Assembly (NCBI GenBank): GCA_963696295.1
Contig: CAVOJR010000001.1
Span: forward strand, 960,001 to 1,024,000
DNA: 64,000 bases
Reading direction: 5' to 3'
Origin: an uncultured Chlamydiae bacterium
GTDB taxonomy: Bacteria > Chlamydiota > Chlamydiia > Chlamydiales > JAJFMB01
A model generated the notes under the pieces. That model was not told where the DNA came from. It made no database searches and saw only the letters and a program-made list of their open reading frames with translations. Below, piece by piece: positions 62,301-64,000 of the stretch (position 1 is its first letter; every line of letters starts with the position of its first letter). A program made the position numbers and the translations under genes.

Positions 62301-64000
62301 CTGTGGCTCCGTTCAAGCCGTTAGCACCCGTAGCACCTGTAGCTCCCGGATCCCCCTTAGCTCCAGGATCCCCTTTGTCCCCTTTCGCTCCCGTAGCGCC
62401 GTTGGCTCCCGGAGGCCCGCGGTTAATCGGATTGCAGCTGAACTCATCGCCTTTTAAGGCTTCTTCAAACTCGCTGACAATGAGATCGTCGCTAAAGTTG
62501 ACTTTTTTCTTCAGATGTCCTTTATCATAGATCTCTTGCTTGAGAAGATTGCTCGTGCCGGGCTGATAATAGTTGTAAACCTGCAAGCCATTAGAATCTT
62601 GCGTGCTGACGAGCAGATTTAACCCATCCTCGGAATAGACCGAAGTTTTCACTGTGCAAAGTTCATTGTGAGCAAACAGCAACTCGCCGTCTTCATCAAT
62701 TTGGATGACGCTGTCTTCTGCACCCGCAGGCACTTCATAAAGTTTCTCTTCTATCACATTGCCAAAGGAGTCATACTTGAAAGTTTGATAGAGCTGGATA
62801 TCGCCCTTTCCATCGGCAATCGCTTTGGCCTGCAACAGTCCTACATCATGGGGATTATTCCCCCAATAGAAGCGCTCAATCTGCTGAAAAGAAGGTTCGT
62901 TTCTGACGATTTCGGTCAGCTGATGGCGATCATCAAAGGCATAATGTGTCTCTGATCCCAAGTCGGTAGTAACATCGGTGGACCCTTCATTATATTTGAA
63001 GAAATATTCCCTGTCGGAGAGCTTCAGGCTTCCAACTTTTCCTTGCGGATCATAATTGATGTGGAGTTCGTCATTTTTTTTCACCAGCAGACAAAGATTA
63101 TCCCTCACCTCATATTCATAGGTACAAGAGGGCAATTTGGAACCGCTCACTCTCGTCAATGCCTGTGTTCCATTCATCGCTGTAAATTGGTACTCGACCG
63201 AGCAATCATCCGACTTTAAAGTGATGCGGTAATCCTTGTCAAAATTGTAGGCAAAGTCAATATTGTCGAGTGTTTTATCCCCGTTCTTTAGCTCGACCGA
63301 GCTCAAATACCCCTCAGCGTCATAGGAATACAAAAGGTGATTCCCATTCGGCAGCGTCTCTTCGCTCAAACAGTAATATTCCGGATTGGCAATTTCTGCA
63401 CTTAACTGGGGTATCAACTCTTCACAGCCGATCAGTCGGGGCAATTTCTCCACTTTCTGATAGATCTTTTTCGTTCCATCCCCTAAAACTGCTTTACAGG
63501 TCTTTCCCATATAAAAGAGTTCATTGTTCTGATGATTATTCCGGCCGCTGATCTCTTTTAACGAAGTATTGACAATGCCGACTCCGTCATTCAACAAATC
63601 CACTTTTAAAGAAAGGGGTTCGACGCCGTCGTATTTCCCTTTGCCGCTATAGGTCAATATGGCGCCTGAGCGCTCGCCCGCAAAGGCGTAAATTTTATCG
63701 GTTGACTGGCGTAAAAATCGTTGGAAAAATGAAGAACCCTCTTTCCCAACAACCATATAGGTTGTCGGCAAGATCCTCCAGCCGCCTTTTTGCTGGCCGG
63801 TCATGTAATTCTTTACATTGAAAAACCTCTGTATGGAAAAGTCATCGGACAGTGCAAGATCGACAGATCTTTCGCAATAATCACCCGTGATGACATTGAC
63901 GCAATCCGCAACAAAACTGTTCGGATCGGATTCTGTAGAGGGCAGAAGTACTGCTGACCGCCCGGCAAACAGGTTTAAAGGAACAAAAAACAATAGGAAA
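59338..64000 (-). CDS. Rhs N-terminal module fused to a long collagen-like helix and a BclA/C1q-like C-terminal domain (5' end beyond the window)
   Basis: Frame is open to the window edge (signal-like [12 protein letters not shown]). CVNVITGDY and YD-like repeats to about aa 500, then Gly-X-Y repeats, then a beta-rich tail (AIPFD...GIYEIDF...VYING...FNILQLQ). Confidence 0.85.
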   Translation of the reverse strand, partial: FLLFFVPLNLFAGRSAVLLPSTESDPNSFVADCVNVITGDYCERSVDLALSDDFSIQRFFNVKNYMTGQQKGGWRILPTTYMVVGKEGSSFFQRFLRQSTDKIYAFAGERSGAILTYSGKGKYDGVEPLSLKVDLLNDGVGIVNTSLKEISGRNNHQNNELFYMGKTCKAVLGDGTKKIYQKVEKLPRLIGCEELIPQLSAEIANPEYYCLSEETLPNGNHLLYSYDAEGYLSSVELKNGDKTLDNIDFAYNFDKDYRITLKSDDCSVEYQFTAMNGTQALTRVSGSKLPSCTYEYEVRDNLCLLVKKNDELHINYDPQGKVGSLKLSDREYFFKYNEGSTDVTTDLGSETHYAFDDRHQLTEIVRNEPSFQQIERFYWGNNPHDVGLLQAKAIADGKGDIQLYQTFKYDSFGNVIEEKLYEVPAGAEDSVIQIDEDGELLFAHNELCTVKTSVYSEDGLNLLVSTQDSNGLQVYNYYQPGTSNLLKQEIYDKGHLKKKVNFSDDLIVSEFEEALKGDEFSCNPINRGPPGANGATGAKGDKGDPGAKGDPGATGATGANGLNGATGAVGATGAVGATGAVGATGAVGATGAVGATGAVGATGSNGATGSNGATGSDGATGSNGATGSDGATGAVGATGAVGATGSNGATGSNGATGSDGATGSNGATGSNGATGSNGATGSNGATGSNGATGSNGATGSNGATGSNGATGSNGATGSDGATGSNGATGSDGATGAVGATGAVGATGAVGATGAVGATGAVGATGSNGATGSNGATGSNGATGSNGATGSNGATGSNGATGSDGATGSNGATGSNGATGSNGATGSNGATGSNGATGSDGATGSNGATGSNGATGSNGATGSNGATGSNGATGSNGATGSDGATGSNGATGSDGATGSNGATGSDGATGAVGATGSNGATGSNGATGSNGATGSNGATGSNGATGSNGATGSNGATGSNGATGSDGATGAVGATGAVGATGSNGATGSNGATGSDGATGSNGATGSNGATGSNGATGSNGATGSNGATGSNGATGSNGATGSNGATGSNGATGSDGATGAVGATGAVGATGSNGATGSNGATGSDGATGSNGATGSNGATGSNGATGSDGATGSNGATGSNGATGSNGASGSNGATGSNGATGSDGATGAVGATGAVGATGSNGATGSNGATGSDGATGSNGATGSNGATGSNGATGSNGATGSNGATGSDGATGSNGATGSNGATGSNGATGSNGATGSNGATGSDGATGSNGATGSDGATGSNGATGSDGATGAVGATGAVGATGNDGATGSAGATGAGGATGSAGATGSAGATGAGGATGSAGATGNDGATGAAGATGAGGATGAAGATGAGGATGSAGATGNDGATGAAGATGAGGATGSDGATGSNGATGSDGATGSNGATGVDGATGSPGTGGLLSSGFVNLVSSNQLVNPGAAIPFDSSPIVTGSMGFTNYSFTLPTAGIYEIDFGVLINDNDQSYGYAVYINGALQNNSIIGLPSKPFAYSQTYCFMGATGATVSINNLGSGGTGALGATGPTPVAAYFNILQLQ
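59746..62418 (-). repeat. About 297 Gly-X-Y triplets built from 18-bp units ([24 protein letters not shown])
   Basis: 2673 nt of near-identical tandem units with higher-order blocks. Confidence 0.97.

Noticed and set aside
59746..62418. Possible CRISPR array
   Set aside because: Contiguous coding tandem repeats with no unique spacers and no cas genes.
59765..62530. 921-aa PVAP-repeat ORF on + and several [13 protein letters not shown]s
   Set aside because: These are antisense or alternate-frame shadows of the collagen repeat.

Overview
This 64 kb window looks like an environmental Chlamydiae genome. The evidence is a DUF2709-like gene next to tsaE and dnaQ, chlamydial-type gene order (htrA, sucD-sucC-ftsY, tyrP-glmS-glmM, pcnB-lpxB) and a Chlamydia-like tmRNA 3' end. 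Housekeeping blocks lie at about 2.3-10.8 kb, 25.1-28.8 kb and 35.3-57.5 kb. An accessory zone at about 11-25 kb holds decayed IS ends, a tmRNA 3' fragment and at least four eroded pieces of one IS91/ISCR-like rolling-circle element. It also holds truncated gene fragments, effector-like genes (a kinase-like, a PI-kinase-like and a GNAT protein), and a 79-bp palindrome built from two oriIS-like ends, which sits at the truncation points of three of those fragments. Two paralogous secreted Rhs-family genes are present. One is a complete Rhs toxin followed by two candidate immunity genes. The other is a chimera: the same Rhs N-terminal module is fused to about 297 Gly-X-Y collagen triplets and a BclA/C1q-like tip, and it runs off the window edge. 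All calls come from reading motifs by eye; no database searches were run.
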